DNA from: Myxococcota bacterium
Lineage (GTDB): Bacteria; Myxococcota_A; UBA9160; UBA4427
NCBI GenBank assembly: GCA_965250285.1
Contig: OZ252299.1
Span: 2,880,001-2,944,000, forward strand
Direction of reading: 5' to 3'
Length of the DNA: 64,000 nucleotides
The notes under the pieces were generated by a model. It did not search any database and was not told the DNA's origin. It saw nothing but the letters and a program-made list of their open reading frames with translations. Positions 40,075 to 54,673 of this stretch are shown one piece after another; the first letter of the stretch is position 1, and each line of letters starts with the position of its first letter. The position numbers were made by a program, and so were the translations under genes.

Positions 40075-41827
40075 ACTCGGTGCCCTGACCGGGTTCGCTC
40101 TCGAAATCGAGATCACCGCCGTGCTCGCGCACGATCGCGAAGCTGATCGCGAGCCCGATCCCCGTGCCCTCGCCCTCCTCTTTCGTGGTGTAGAAGGCAT
40201 CGAAGATGCGCTCCTGCACCTCTTCGGGGATCCCGGGCCCGTTGTCGCGAACGCGAATTTCGACGTTCTGCCCCGCGCGGCGCGTCGTGAGCTCGATCCG
40301 CGCGTCGACCTGTCCGGCGAGTGCCTGACGAGCATTGTCGATGAGGTTGAGCAGCACCTGCACGAGATGCTCGGCCGAGCCCCGTACGATGGGCAACACA
40401 CTCGCCTCTTGCACGTGCACCCGCAGATCGGCGCCGCCCCGGAGCCGCGCCATCTTGATCGAGTCGGCGACGACCGAGTGAACCTCGACTTCGCCCATCT
40501 CGCCCGTGCGCAAGCGCGAGAAGCGACGCATGCGGTCGATCGTCGCGGCGATCCGGTCGATGCCCTCGAGGCTCTCCTGGGCGGCAGCGACCAGATCGAC
40601 GAGATGGGCCGCATCGGATCCTTCGTCGCCCGGCGCTTCGCTGGAAAGATCGGCCAGGTGGGCCGCGACGCGCTCGATGTGCGTGAGGTTCGACTTGACG
40701 AAAGAGAGCGGGTTCTTGATCTCGTGGACGATGCCGGCACTGAGACTCGCCGTCGTCTCGAGCTGTTGGCTCTGACGCAAGATCACGTCGAGGCGCTTCT
40801 GTTCGGTGCGGTTGCGCAGCAAGGCGTAGATGCTCGCGCGCTCCCCGTCCCCCGCGTGCACCGCTGCTGCCGTCACTTCGACGCAGCGCCCGTCTTCCGT
40901 ATCGAACTCGGCCTGCAGCGGCTCGCCCCACGCGACGAGTCGATCGACCGCGTCAACGAGCCCGACCACGTGCTCCTGCGATGCGAGATCTCCGAGCACG
41001 CGCGTGAGCGCCTGCCCTTCGAGCTGCCCGATGCCCTGACCGATCAGCTTCTCGGTTGCAGGATTGACGTCGAGCAGGTGACCGCTCGCGTCTGCGATCA
41101 GGACGCCCTCCGCGAGGTGGTCGATCACGTCGCGGCGTGCGAGCGGCAGCGTCTCGAGCGTCCGGTGGCGCCAGCTCGTCACGAAGAGCATCGCTGCCGA
41201 GAGCGCGATGAAGGCGGCTGTGAGATCGACCTTGAAGTAGAGGCCGGTGATCGGACTCGCCACGAAGGGCAGCATCACGACCCCCGCGAGCGAGAGCCCC
41301 CGCCGCACCTCCCCCTCGCGCATCAGTCGCAGCGCCGCACCCACGTAGATCACGGTGCCGACGCACATCAGCGTGATGGCCCAACCGAGACCGATCCAGA
41401 ACAGCGGCCCCGCCCATTGCTCGGGATGCAGCCGCATCAGCTCGGGATCGAAGTCGCGAATGAAGAGCCGATGGCCCGGATTCGTCACGACGGCGAGCGC
41501 CGTCATCGCCGGGGGCACGAGCAGACCGATCAGCCAGCCCGGCTGCTCGTCGAAGATGTCGAGGTGGGTGTGGTGCGTCGCGAGCAGAACCCAGATCGGG
41601 GGCGTCGCGAACACCCCGAGAAACAGCGTCATCATCGCGAACTGCGCGACCGGCCCGGGCGGCGACATCAAGAAGACGGCGTAGCCCGCGCTCCACAGAC
41701 CGAGCGCGGCTGCGAGCGCCATGAGCAACCCATGCAGCTGCGTACGCTCGGCCCGCGAGGCCAGGTAGATGACGCCGCCCGCGAGCCCCAACGTGGTGAC
41801 TGCGAGCGCGACGACGGTCGAGGTCAT
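40004..41827 (-). CDS. Sensor histidine kinase with 7TM input and PAS domain
   Basis: Multi-TM N-terminus (TNPGHRLF, GPLFW), PAS, H-box GIVHEIKNPL, NLIDNA, DNGPGIP, FYTTK, GTGIGL. Confidence 0.9.
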   Translation of the reverse strand: MTSTVVALAVTTLGLAGGVIYLASRAERTQLHGLLMALAAALGLWSAGYAVFLMSPPGPVAQFAMMTLFLGVFATPPIWVLLATHHTHLDIFDEQPGWLIGLLVPPAMTALAVVTNPGHRLFIRDFDPELMRLHPEQWAGPLFWIGLGWAITLMCVGTVIYVGAALRLMREGEVRRGLSLAGVVMLPFVASPITGLYFKVDLTAAFIALSAAMLFVTSWRHRTLETLPLARRDVIDHLAEGVLIADASGHLLDVNPATEKLIGQGIGQLEGQALTRVLGDLASQEHVVGLVDAVDRLVAWGEPLQAEFDTEDGRCVEVTAAAVHAGDGERASIYALLRNRTEQKRLDVILRQSQQLETTASLSAGIVHEIKNPLSFVKSNLTHIERVAAHLADLSSEAPGDEGSDAAHLVDLVAAAQESLEGIDRIAATIDRMRRFSRLRTGEMGEVEVHSVVADSIKMARLRGGADLRVHVQEASVLPIVRGSAEHLVQVLLNLIDNARQALAGQVDARIELTTRRAGQNVEIRVRDNGPGIPEEVQERIFDAFYTTKEEGEGTGIGLAISFAIVREHGGDLDFESEPGQGTEFTIRLPVPLVEPLEERGPVAERG

Positions 41828-42000
41828 CACGACTCCGGAATCGGGCCGAGGCATTCGGCCCACGAGGCCATTCGCCGCGGCCCCGGCTTCGAATCGGCGT
41901 GGGACGCGATGCGATTGAGGCGGGCGTACGCGGCGCGCCGCGCCGTGTGGGCGAGCGTCTCGCGGGCCGGTAGCGGCTCCCGGCTCGCGCGAAACTGCAG

Positions 42001-42891
42001 CTATTCGGGCTCGCTGGAACCGAGTCGAGTGATGAGACTCGAGGTATCCCAGCGCGGGCCGCCCGCCGCCTCGATCTCGGCGTAGAAGCCATCGACGAGC
42101 GCGGCGACCGGCAGCTGCGCGCCATTGCGCGTCGCTTCTCCGAGCGCGATGGCGAGATCCTTGCGCATCCATTCGACCGCGAACCCGAAGTCGAACTCGC
42201 GCCGCGCCATCGTCGACGCGCGGTGCTCCATCTGCCACGAACCCGCCGCGCCCTTCGAAATCACGTCGACGACGGCGTCGACGTCGAGGCCGGCGCGCTC
42301 GGCGAACGCCAGCCCTTCGGAGAGTCCCTGCAACAGCCCTGCGATGCAGATCTGGTTCACCATCTTCGCGAGCTGACCGCTGCCCGCCGGACCGAGCAGC
42401 GCGTGCTTCCTCGCGTAGCAGTCGAGCAGCGGCGTGACGCGCGCGTAGTCGGCCGCCTCGCCCCCCAACATCACGGTCAGCTGACCCTGCTCGGCGCCGG
42501 CCTGGCCGCCCGAAACCGGCGCGTCGAGCATCGAAGCGCCCCGATCGCGGGCGGCCGACGACAGCTCGCGCGCGATCTCGGCCGAAGCCGTCGTGTGATC
42601 GACGAAGACCGCACCCGGTTCGAGCGCGGCGAACGCACCGTGCGCACCGAGCGTGATCGAGCGCAGGTCGTCGTCGTTGCCCGTACACGCGAGCACGAAC
42701 TCGGCGCCGCGCGCCGCTTCGGCCGGCGTGGCCGCCGCTCGCCCGGGGTGCGCCTCGAGCCAGCGAGCGCGGGGCGCTTCGGATCGGTTGTACACGCAAA
42801 CGTCGAAGCCGGCCGCAGCCAGGTGACCGGCCATCGGCGCGCCCATCACACCGAGGCACAGAAAGGCGACCTGCGTCGGCGGGTCGCTCAC
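42001..42891 (-). CDS. 3-hydroxyisobutyrate dehydrogenase-family NAD(P)-dependent oxidoreductase
   Basis: LGVMGAPMA, YNRS, DAPVSGG, GQLAKMVNQ, KDL. Confidence 0.9.
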   Translation of the reverse strand: MSDPPTQVAFLCLGVMGAPMAGHLAAAGFDVCVYNRSEAPRARWLEAHPGRAAATPAEAARGAEFVLACTGNDDDLRSITLGAHGAFAALEPGAVFVDHTTASAEIARELSSAARDRGASMLDAPVSGGQAGAEQGQLTVMLGGEAADYARVTPLLDCYARKHALLGPAGSGQLAKMVNQICIAGLLQGLSEGLAFAERAGLDVDAVVDVISKGAAGSWQMEHRASTMARREFDFGFAVEWMRKDLAIALGEATRNGAQLPVAALVDGFYAEIEAAGGPRWDTSSLITRLGSSEPE

Positions 42892-42919
42892 GCCCGGCCC
42901 CCTCGATCGGCGACCTGAT

Positions 42920-47392
<4,473 letters not shown>

Positions 47393-47566
47393 GTGGGCCC
47401 CCCCGCCTGGACCCCGATCACCCGGAACAGGATGCGCAAGCTAGCAGAGGCCCCATGGCTGGGCGAAGATGCGGCGAACCCCGCTGACGCGACTCGTCAC
47501 CAGCACCCCGCACGCACACGCGGCCGGGAGGCTCGGTGCATTCGCGAAGCCCGATGGAGCCCCCGG

Positions 47567-48286
47567 TTGGAGATCGTCCTCGTCCGTCACGCCCAGCCCG
47601 ACTGGGAGCCCGACGACCGTGCGGTGGACGACCCCGAGCTGACGCCGCTCGGCCACGCGCAGGCCAAGCTCGCGGCCGAGGCGCTCGCGGGCGAACGCTT
47701 CGACCACGTCTACGCGAGCCCCCTGCGCCGCGTGCAGGAGACAGCAGCGCCGATCTGCGCCGCGCTCGGCCAGGAGGCGGTCACCTGCCACTGGCTGCGC
47801 GAGCTCGGCCTGCCGTCGCTCGCGGGTCAGACGTCAGAGCAGGTGCAGGATTTCTTCGCCCACGCGCGCAATCGCACGCTCGAGCACTGGTCCGATGGCC
47901 TGCCGGGGGGCGAGACGTTCGATCACTTCTACGAACGCGTCTCGAGCGGCATCGAGAGCCTGTTCAACGATGTCCACGACATCCGCACCTCGCTGCACGA
48001 AGACGACGGCTGGCGCATCTGGCACCTGCCCGAGGCCGAGGTGCGGCAGCGCATTCTGATCGTCGCGCACGAGGGCACGAACGCCGCGATTCTCTCCCAC
48101 CTGCTGGGCATCGAGGCCGTGCCGTGGACGTGGATGCGCTTCTCGGGCGCGTGGACCGGCATCCACCGGGTGCACACGCTCAAGACCGGCAGCGGACGCG
48201 TGTGGTCGATGCAGTCGTTCAACGACGTCACGCATCTGCAGGCGCTCGAAGCAGACGCCGGCAGTGGTCGGTCGTCCGACACATGA
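47567..48286 (+). CDS. Histidine phosphatase family protein
   Basis: LVRHA, LTPLG..QA, SPLRR..ETA, GGET, VAHEG; TTG start with GGAG RBS. Confidence 0.88.
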   Translation: MEIVLVRHAQPDWEPDDRAVDDPELTPLGHAQAKLAAEALAGERFDHVYASPLRRVQETAAPICAALGQEAVTCHWLRELGLPSLAGQTSEQVQDFFAHARNRTLEHWSDGLPGGETFDHFYERVSSGIESLFNDVHDIRTSLHEDDGWRIWHLPEAEVRQRILIVAHEGTNAAILSHLLGIEAVPWTWMRFSGAWTGIHRVHTLKTGSGRVWSMQSFNDVTHLQALEADAGSGRSSDT

Positions 48287-49227
48287 GCGCCGAGGCCGCG
48301 CCGCTTCGCATCGTGTCGCTGCTGCCGGCGGCGACCGAGCTCGTCGACACGCTCGGCCTCGGTGCCTCGCTCGTCGGTCGTTCTCACGAGTGCGACTGGC
48401 CGAGCGCGGTGCGCGATCTGCCCGTCTGCACGCGGTCGCTGGTGGTCGACGGGCCGGGCCGCGAAATCGACACCGACGTGCGAGAGCGCATGGCGACGGG
48501 TCAGCCGCTCTACGAGATCGACGCCGAGACCGTGCAGCGTCTCGCACCGACCCATCTGCTCACGCAGGCACAGTGCGACGTCTGCGCGGTCGGCGAAGAA
48601 CAGGTCGACGCCATGCTCGCGAGCGACTGGTCGGGCCCTGCCCCCGAGGTCGTGGCGCTCACCCCGCACACCCTCGGCGACGTGTTCGCCGATCTGCAGC
48701 GACTCGGCGACGCGCTCGGCGCGAGCGCCGCGGCGCGGCGCGCCGCCACCGAGCTCGCCGAGCGCGTGTCGCTGGTCGGTGAGAAGACGGGCGCCCTGCA
48801 CGAGCGCCCGAGCGTGCTCTGCCTCGAGTGGCTCGACCCGCCGATCGTCTCGGGCAGCTGGGTCCCCGAGCTGATTCGGGTCGCGGGGGGCGACCCGCTC
48901 TTCGGCCGGGTCGGGGCACCATCGGAGGACGTCGGCTGGGCCGAGATCGCCGCCGCCGACCCCGACGTCATCGTGCTCATGCCGTGCGGCTTCGATCTCG
49001 AGAGAACGCTCGTCGAAGCACGCGACCTCGAGCGCGTGCCCGAGTGGCGCGCGCTGCGCGCCGTCCACGAAGGCCGGGTCACCGCCGTGGATGGCAACGC
49101 GTGGTTCAACCGGCCCGGTCCGCGCCTCGTCGAATCGCTCGAGCTGCTCGCCGAGATCCTCGCCCCCGAGCGCTTCGACTTCGGGCTCAGGGCGCGAGGT
49201 GCTGCGCCGTTCCCGATGCCCGGCTGA
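48283..49227 (+). CDS. BtuF-like (cobalamin-binding/helical backbone) protein without signal peptide
   Basis: RIVSLLPAATE, GRSHECDWP, QCDVCAV, EWLDP, MPCGF, NRPGPRL; ATGA overlap with the upstream gene. Confidence 0.82.
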   Translation: MSAEAAPLRIVSLLPAATELVDTLGLGASLVGRSHECDWPSAVRDLPVCTRSLVVDGPGREIDTDVRERMATGQPLYEIDAETVQRLAPTHLLTQAQCDVCAVGEEQVDAMLASDWSGPAPEVVALTPHTLGDVFADLQRLGDALGASAAARRAATELAERVSLVGEKTGALHERPSVLCLEWLDPPIVSGSWVPELIRVAGGDPLFGRVGAPSEDVGWAEIAAADPDVIVLMPCGFDLERTLVEARDLERVPEWRALRAVHEGRVTAVDGNAWFNRPGPRLVESLELLAEILAPERFDFGLRARGAAPFPMPG

Positions 49228-49239
49228 CCGCCTGCCCGC

Positions 49240-50634
49240 TCAAGGCGCGGGCGCGGCGCGCTCGCCCTGCTCGCTCTCGTCCGCATCCGCGTCGGCCTCG
49301 GCCTCGGCCTCGGCCTCGGGATCGGCGTCGGGATCGACGGCGTAGCCGAGCGCGCGCAGCTGCGCGCCGAGCTCGTCGGACAGATCGCCGCCTGCGCGCA
49401 GACCGGGCTGGAGGGCGTCGGCGTCGGCGAGCAGCGACCGCCGCGCTTCGGCGAGCACCTCGGCCATCGCCCGCACCCGGGCCGGGTCTTCGATCGGCGC
49501 GTGTTCGCCCGGATCGGCCTCGACGTCGAAGAGCCCGTTGCGCGAGGCACCCGGCAGCTCCGACTCGAGATAGTGCTGCCCGTCCTGATACACCGACCAG
49601 GCCTTCGGCCCGGCCCAGCTCACGTAGGCCCGCCCGCGGGTCGGTGGCTCATCGAAGATCGCACGCCCCTGCCCCGGCATCCGCTCGTCGATGCCGAGCA
49701 GCGCGAGCACCGTGTTCGCGAAGTCTTCGAGGCCCGCCTCGCCGATCACGCGACCGCGCACCGCTTCGCTCGGGTGCTTCACGATCCAAGGCACCCGCGT
49801 GACGTTCTGACGCAGCAGCCGCTGGGTATGACCGATGCCCTCGAGTCCGTACTCGGCAAAGCTCTCGCCGTGATCGCCGGTCACCACGATCACCGTGTCG
49901 TCGAGGCGCCCGAGCGCGTCGAGGCGCGCGACGAAGCGGGCGAGCACGTCGTCGGTGAAGCGGATCGAGCCGTCGTAGAGGTCCATCGACCGCGTCGCCC
50001 GGTCGCGTTCACCCGGGGTGACGAAGCGGCGCCGATACGGCGGCGGCGGCGCGTACGGGCTGTGGATCTCGTAGGTCTGCACGAAGAAGAAGAAGCGCTC
50101 GTCCGCTGCGACGTCGTCGAGCGCCTCGAGCGCCAGATCGAGCTGGGCGGGAAAGAGACGGCGCCGGTCATCGTACGACTCGAAGCCGCGGGCGAACCCG
50201 AACGTGCCCGCCATCTGACCGCCGTCGACCCAGGCGCGCGTGCGAAAGCCGTGATCGCGCAGCACCTCGGGCAGCGTGCGCACGTCGTCTCGCAGACGCA
50301 CGCCGGGGTTCTTCGCCGAATGCATCACGCCGTGCACGACCGGATGAAAGCCCGTGAACTGCGTCATGTGCACGGGCAGCGTGGCCGACTGCGGGGCGAT
50401 CGCCCACTCGACCCACGCGCCTTCGCGCGCGAGCTCATCGAGAAACGGTGTGGTCTCGCGCGCGTAGCCGTAGAGCGAGACGTGATCGGCGCGGAGCGTG
50501 TCGAGTGAGATCCACACAAGCGACAGCTTCTGTCGCGCGGCCTGCTCACCGCCGTCGCATCCCTGCGTCGCGAACGCGAGCAGCGCGGCGACGAAGGCCG
50601 CCTGCATGCGGCGCAGGCTTCGACCGCGCATCAC
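49240..50634 (-). CDS. Sulfatase-like hydrolase (alkaline phosphatase superfamily), probable lipoprotein
   Basis: DTLRADH, TPFLD, TLPVH..FTG..P..HG, HSPY, YDGSI, GDHGE; acidic low-complexity tail. Confidence 0.85.
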   Translation of the reverse strand: MMRGRSLRRMQAAFVAALLAFATQGCDGGEQAARQKLSLVWISLDTLRADHVSLYGYARETTPFLDELAREGAWVEWAIAPQSATLPVHMTQFTGFHPVVHGVMHSAKNPGVRLRDDVRTLPEVLRDHGFRTRAWVDGGQMAGTFGFARGFESYDDRRRLFPAQLDLALEALDDVAADERFFFFVQTYEIHSPYAPPPPYRRRFVTPGERDRATRSMDLYDGSIRFTDDVLARFVARLDALGRLDDTVIVVTGDHGESFAEYGLEGIGHTQRLLRQNVTRVPWIVKHPSEAVRGRVIGEAGLEDFANTVLALLGIDERMPGQGRAIFDEPPTRGRAYVSWAGPKAWSVYQDGQHYLESELPGASRNGLFDVEADPGEHAPIEDPARVRAMAEVLAEARRSLLADADALQPGLRAGGDLSDELGAQLRALGYAVDPDADPEAEAEAEADADADESEQGERAAPAP

Positions 50635-51521
50635 GAAGCCGGCGGCTCGGGGCTCGAGTCGACGAGGGTGACGACATCGGCGGCGAGCGCCGTCGGCTCG
50701 TGGAGCAGCCCGAAGTAGCGCTTCACGATGCGCCCCTGGCCATCGACGAGGTAGGTGATCACGGTGTGCTCGATCTGATCGCCTTCCCCCGGCACCGTGC
50801 CGACGCCGAATGCGAAGAGGATCGGCTCGACCTCGTCGGGGGGGCCGGTGAGGAACGACCAGTGGCCGAGATCGACGCCCCGCGCCTCGGCGTAGGCGGC
50901 GAGACGCTCGGGCGTATCGTACGCAGGGTCGACCGAGATCGAGACGAAGCGAACGCGATCGTGCACGCGCTCGGGCAGCGCGCGCCAGGCCTTCACGTGG
51001 CTCGAGGTCAGGATCGGGCAGGGCCCGGCGCAGCGCGTGAAGACGAAGTCGACGAGCAGGACGTCGCCGGCGAGATCGCCGAGCGTCACGGGCTGGTTCG
51101 CCTGATCGACGAGCGCGAAGTCGGGGGCGGGATCGGATCTCAGCAGGGCGTCGCCGAAGCGCACCCAGCCCTCCTCTTCGGCGGTCGATCCGACGACTTC
51201 GAAGTCGGTGATCGCGTAGCTCTTGCCGTCGAAGGCGAGCTCGAAGTCGATCACCTGCCCCGATCGCAGTCGCCCGACGACGGCCGGATCGGGCACGTCG
51301 AAGCTCATGGTCATCGCGGGCATCAGCCCCGGGATGTCTTCGTGCTCGACCAGCGCCTGCCCCCGCTCGACCTGCACGTCGTGGACGGTGCCCCGCACTT
51401 CGTACGTTCGGACGTCGTCACCCGGGCACCCGACCGAGAGCGTGAGTGCCCCCAACGCGGCGAAGACCGCGATTCGTCGCCGGGCTAGTACAGCCACTGA
51501 AAACCCGCCGAGAGGGTCCAT
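50631..51521 (-). CDS. CusF-like copper-binding domain fused to SCO1/SenC
   Basis: Lipobox-like SVGC; HEDIPGLMPAMTMSF (CusF His/Met); FTRCAGPCP (CxxxC), DPAYDTPE, IEH. Alternative start GTG 51497. Confidence 0.88.
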   Translation of the reverse strand: MDPLGGFSVAVLARRRIAVFAALGALTLSVGCPGDDVRTYEVRGTVHDVQVERGQALVEHEDIPGLMPAMTMSFDVPDPAVVGRLRSGQVIDFELAFDGKSYAITDFEVVGSTAEEEGWVRFGDALLRSDPAPDFALVDQANQPVTLGDLAGDVLLVDFVFTRCAGPCPILTSSHVKAWRALPERVHDRVRFVSISVDPAYDTPERLAAYAEARGVDLGHWSFLTGPPDEVEPILFAFGVGTVPGEGDQIEHTVITYLVDGQGRIVKRYFGLLHEPTALAADVVTLVDSSPEPPAS

Positions 51522-52549
51522 TGACGCTCGACCTGAGGGCCGGAGACGTCCTGGAACACGGGGAAGAGCCACTCGATCGCGAAGCGCTGGCCGCCCAGCA
51601 ACGGGAGATACACGTCGGCGCCCGGGCCGAAGTCGAGGCGGTTCCAGCCCTGGTTGTACGGGTTGTTGGCGGGGTTCTGATCGAGGTCGAGCTCGGGATC
51701 TTCGCCGCGGACGTTCGTGCGGCGCGACCATACGAGGCGCGCCGAGAAGCTGAGCCAGTCGTTCGCCATCGCATTGAGCCAGCCCGATGCCTCATAGAGC
51801 GTGCCCTGGGTGTAGCCGACCGAGTTCGTTCCGATGCGATAGACGCCGTGCACCTCGCCGCCCCAACCGAGGCGGTCGTGACGGCCGGTATACGTGATGC
51901 CCCAGACGGCATCCCAGGTGCCCGAGCCGAGCTGCAGGCCGTAGTGCAGGCGCTCGCCGTTCGAGTCGGTCTCCTGGATGCTGCCGGTGGGGAACGTGAA
52001 GCCCGCGGTCATGTGCGTCGACTGGTCCCCGTTCTGGATGAACGGGATCACGAAGACGAAGCGCGCGTCGCCGATGCCGCGGGCCTCGAGCGTTCGCGTG
52101 CCGGTCTCGGTCAGCACATCTTGCTCGCGAATGCGATACGGCAGCGACAGCTCGAAGGTGAGTCGGTCGAGCGGGGCGTAGGCCACGCTCATCACGTGGG
52201 CCTGATCGGTCTGGCGGGTCGGCACCTCGCTCCAGGGCTCACCGAGGATCGAATCGGGCTGGATCGGGTCGCGCCCATCGAGCAGCCCGTCGCTCGAGGC
52301 GCGCAGGTAGCGATACGAGAAGATCCAGCGGCCCCGATCCTGGGGATGATCGTTCAGGACACCGATCGGCGGGAAGCCGCCCGCGTCGTGCAGACGCCGC
52401 AACCCCGAAGCGGCCGCGGCGGTCTCGGCATGCGCCATCGACACGCTGGCCACCCCGAGGAGCATGCTGCCCACGAGCGCGACGAAGAGACGGAACGCGC
52501 CGCCCGGGCGCGCGCGGGAGCGGGTCGTGGCACCGATTCGCTGAGGCAC
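51485..52549 (-). CDS. Outer-membrane beta-barrel 'transporter' (phenol MetA-like family)
   Basis: Signal peptide; PIGV..DH, GIGD, PTGSI, QLGSGTWD; aromatic C-terminus GFQWLY. Start uncertain. Confidence 0.72.
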   Translation of the reverse strand: MPQRIGATTRSRARPGGAFRLFVALVGSMLLGVASVSMAHAETAAAASGLRRLHDAGGFPPIGVLNDHPQDRGRWIFSYRYLRASSDGLLDGRDPIQPDSILGEPWSEVPTRQTDQAHVMSVAYAPLDRLTFELSLPYRIREQDVLTETGTRTLEARGIGDARFVFVIPFIQNGDQSTHMTAGFTFPTGSIQETDSNGERLHYGLQLGSGTWDAVWGITYTGRHDRLGWGGEVHGVYRIGTNSVGYTQGTLYEASGWLNAMANDWLSFSARLVWSRRTNVRGEDPELDLDQNPANNPYNQGWNRLDFGPGADVYLPLLGGQRFAIEWLFPVFQDVSGPQVERQWTLSAGFQWLY

Positions 52550-52629
52550 GGCGCGCAAGCTAGCAATGCCGACGATCGGGTGCCCGGTGGATCCACCCGA
52601 GGGATGCTTGCCCATCAATCTGGACGTCC

Positions 52630-53484
52630 TCAGCGCCGGCTGCCCAGTCGACGCGCTTCGAGGTGCGCAGCCTCGAGGTCGGCGAGATCGTCGCGGTAGA
52701 TGCGCCGGGTGACGCGGTCGAGGTCGCCCGTGCGAACGAAGTCGCGCACCCACTCACGCAGTCGGCGCTCGCCCTTGAGAGAGGCGAGATAGTCGATGAA
52801 CGCGTACGACTGCAGATACGCAATGCCGGCCCCGTCGGGCCCGAGGTGCCCGAAGCTGCCACCCGCGAGATCGGCGAGCGAGAACGCCCACCCCCGCTCG
52901 ACCACCCGCGACATCACCTCGGCCTGCCGTCCCGACAGCCCGCGCTGACCGAGAGCCCGCGCCTCGAAGTACTCGGCGAGACCTTCGTTCATCCAGGCCG
53001 GCACGAAGAGGCTCGGCGCCTCGGCGTCGAACGCCGCGTGTACGAGCTCGTGGTAGAGCGTGTGCTGCAATCGACCGTCGACCCTCGTGCCGCCCCGCAC
53101 GTGCACCGTGCCGCCGTAGAAGCCGGCCGCCGGAAACCGGAAGAGCCCCGAGAAGCGTTCATCGAAGATGCCGGGGTCGTGCACGGTGACGACGATCGGT
53201 CGCTCGGGCCGAAGACCGAGGCGCGCCTCGAGCTGGTCGAAGGCGGTCTCGAGGGTGGCGAGCACGTCCTGCTCGAAACGACGACTGCCGTAGAGACCCG
53301 AGGTCTGATCGATGTCGACGTCTTGATAGAGCACGAAGTGCGAAGACTCGCGGCGCTCGTACTCACCGTCGGCTCCGCCGCCGAGCGCCTGCGCGGGCAT
53401 GGGCGCCGCGCCGACGACGAGCGCCGCCGCGGCCGACACGAGACCGACGAGCACATGGGCAGGGACCAACCGCGGCCTTCGCAT
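52630..53484 (-). CDS. Secreted peptidase MA-like zinc metallopeptidase
   Basis: Signal peptide; HELVH and PAWMNEGLAEY (gluzincin); TGATG coupling to the upstream AKR gene. Confidence 0.85.
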   Translation of the reverse strand: MRRPRLVPAHVLVGLVSAAAALVVGAAPMPAQALGGGADGEYERRESSHFVLYQDVDIDQTSGLYGSRRFEQDVLATLETAFDQLEARLGLRPERPIVVTVHDPGIFDERFSGLFRFPAAGFYGGTVHVRGGTRVDGRLQHTLYHELVHAAFDAEAPSLFVPAWMNEGLAEYFEARALGQRGLSGRQAEVMSRVVERGWAFSLADLAGGSFGHLGPDGAGIAYLQSYAFIDYLASLKGERRLREWVRDFVRTGDLDRVTRRIYRDDLADLEAAHLEARRLGSRR

Positions 53485-54500
53485 CAGCCCATCGGGTACA
53501 GATGCTCGCGCGTGATCTTCGCGATCGCGGCGTGGCAGTCGTCGGAGAGCGTGAGCCCCGCAGCAGCCAGGGTGTCGTCGAGCTGCTCGGGCGTCGTCGC
53601 ACCGATGATCGTCGACCCGACGAAATCGTGGCTGAGCGTCCAGGCCGTTGCCAGCGTCGTCACCGAGACGCCCTCCTTCTTTGCGAGCTCGATGAACGCG
53701 TCGACCGACGCGAGGGACTTCTCGTTGATGAAGCGGCGGGTCATGGCCGCGCCCCGTGCCTTGTCGCTCTGGTACGTCGAGAAGCGCGCGCCTTCCGGGA
53801 ACGCCCCGCCCTGGTACTTGCCCGAGAGCACGCCGCCAGCGATCGGGCTGTACGGCAGGCAGCTCACGTCTTCGCGTCGACACACCGTCGCCAGCTCGTC
53901 TTCGAAACGACGATTGAGCAGGCTGAAGTTGTTCTGGATCGTTTCGTAGCGCACCAGGCCGTGCGCATCGCTCTGCCACAGCGCCTTGGTCAGACCGTAG
54001 GCGGTCTCGTTGCTGCAGCCGACGTAGCGGACCTTGCCCGCCTCGACGACGCGATCGAGCGCCTCCATCGTGTCTTCGATCGGCATGCCCGGGTCGGGCC
54101 AGTGCGTCTGATAGAGGTCGATGTAGTCGGTGCCGAGCTTCTGCAGGCTCGCGTCGACGGCCGCCTCGATGTTCCAGCGATCGAGCCCGGTGTGCCCCGA
54201 ACGGATCGGTCCCTGAAACCAACCACCCCCGGGCCCAGCGACCTTCGTCGCGACGATCACCGAGTCACGCGGCCGACCGGCAAGCCACTTGCCGCAGATT
54301 TCCTCGGTGCGCCCCGCCCACTTCTTGTTGGGCGGTACGGGATAGATCTCGGCGGCGTCGATGAAGTTGATGCCCGCGTCGAAGCTCTTGTCGAGGATCG
54401 CGACCGAAGCCGCCTCGTCGGCCATGCTGCCGAACGTCATCGTCCCCATGCAGATCTCGGACACCACGAGCCCGGTGCGCCCCAGTCGATTCCGCTTCAT
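53484..54500 (-). CDS. Aldo/keto reductase (Tas-like)
   Basis: GTMTFG, DAAEIY, ATK, DYIDLYQTHWPD, GCSN, YSPIAGG. Confidence 0.93.
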   Translation of the reverse strand: MKRNRLGRTGLVVSEICMGTMTFGSMADEAASVAILDKSFDAGINFIDAAEIYPVPPNKKWAGRTEEICGKWLAGRPRDSVIVATKVAGPGGGWFQGPIRSGHTGLDRWNIEAAVDASLQKLGTDYIDLYQTHWPDPGMPIEDTMEALDRVVEAGKVRYVGCSNETAYGLTKALWQSDAHGLVRYETIQNNFSLLNRRFEDELATVCRREDVSCLPYSPIAGGVLSGKYQGGAFPEGARFSTYQSDKARGAAMTRRFINEKSLASVDAFIELAKKEGVSVTTLATAWTLSHDFVGSTIIGATTPEQLDDTLAAAGLTLSDDCHAAIAKITREHLYPMG

Positions 54501-54673
54501 CCCGCCCTCCAGTTCAAGAAGTCAGAATGATAGCCCCCAACGAAGCCACCCCGATCCGGTCCACGGATCCGACGCGAGACGCGCCGAGGCGCGGCCGAAG
54601 GCCGCGACGAGCCTCCTCCCACTCTCAACCGAACGTCCGGCCACCGCGACTCGAGCGACCGAGCCGCCCGTTC

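Noticed and set aside
49280..49335. GGCCTC hexamer repeats
   Set aside because: They simply encode the acidic EAEAEA/DADAD tail of the sulfatase-like protein.
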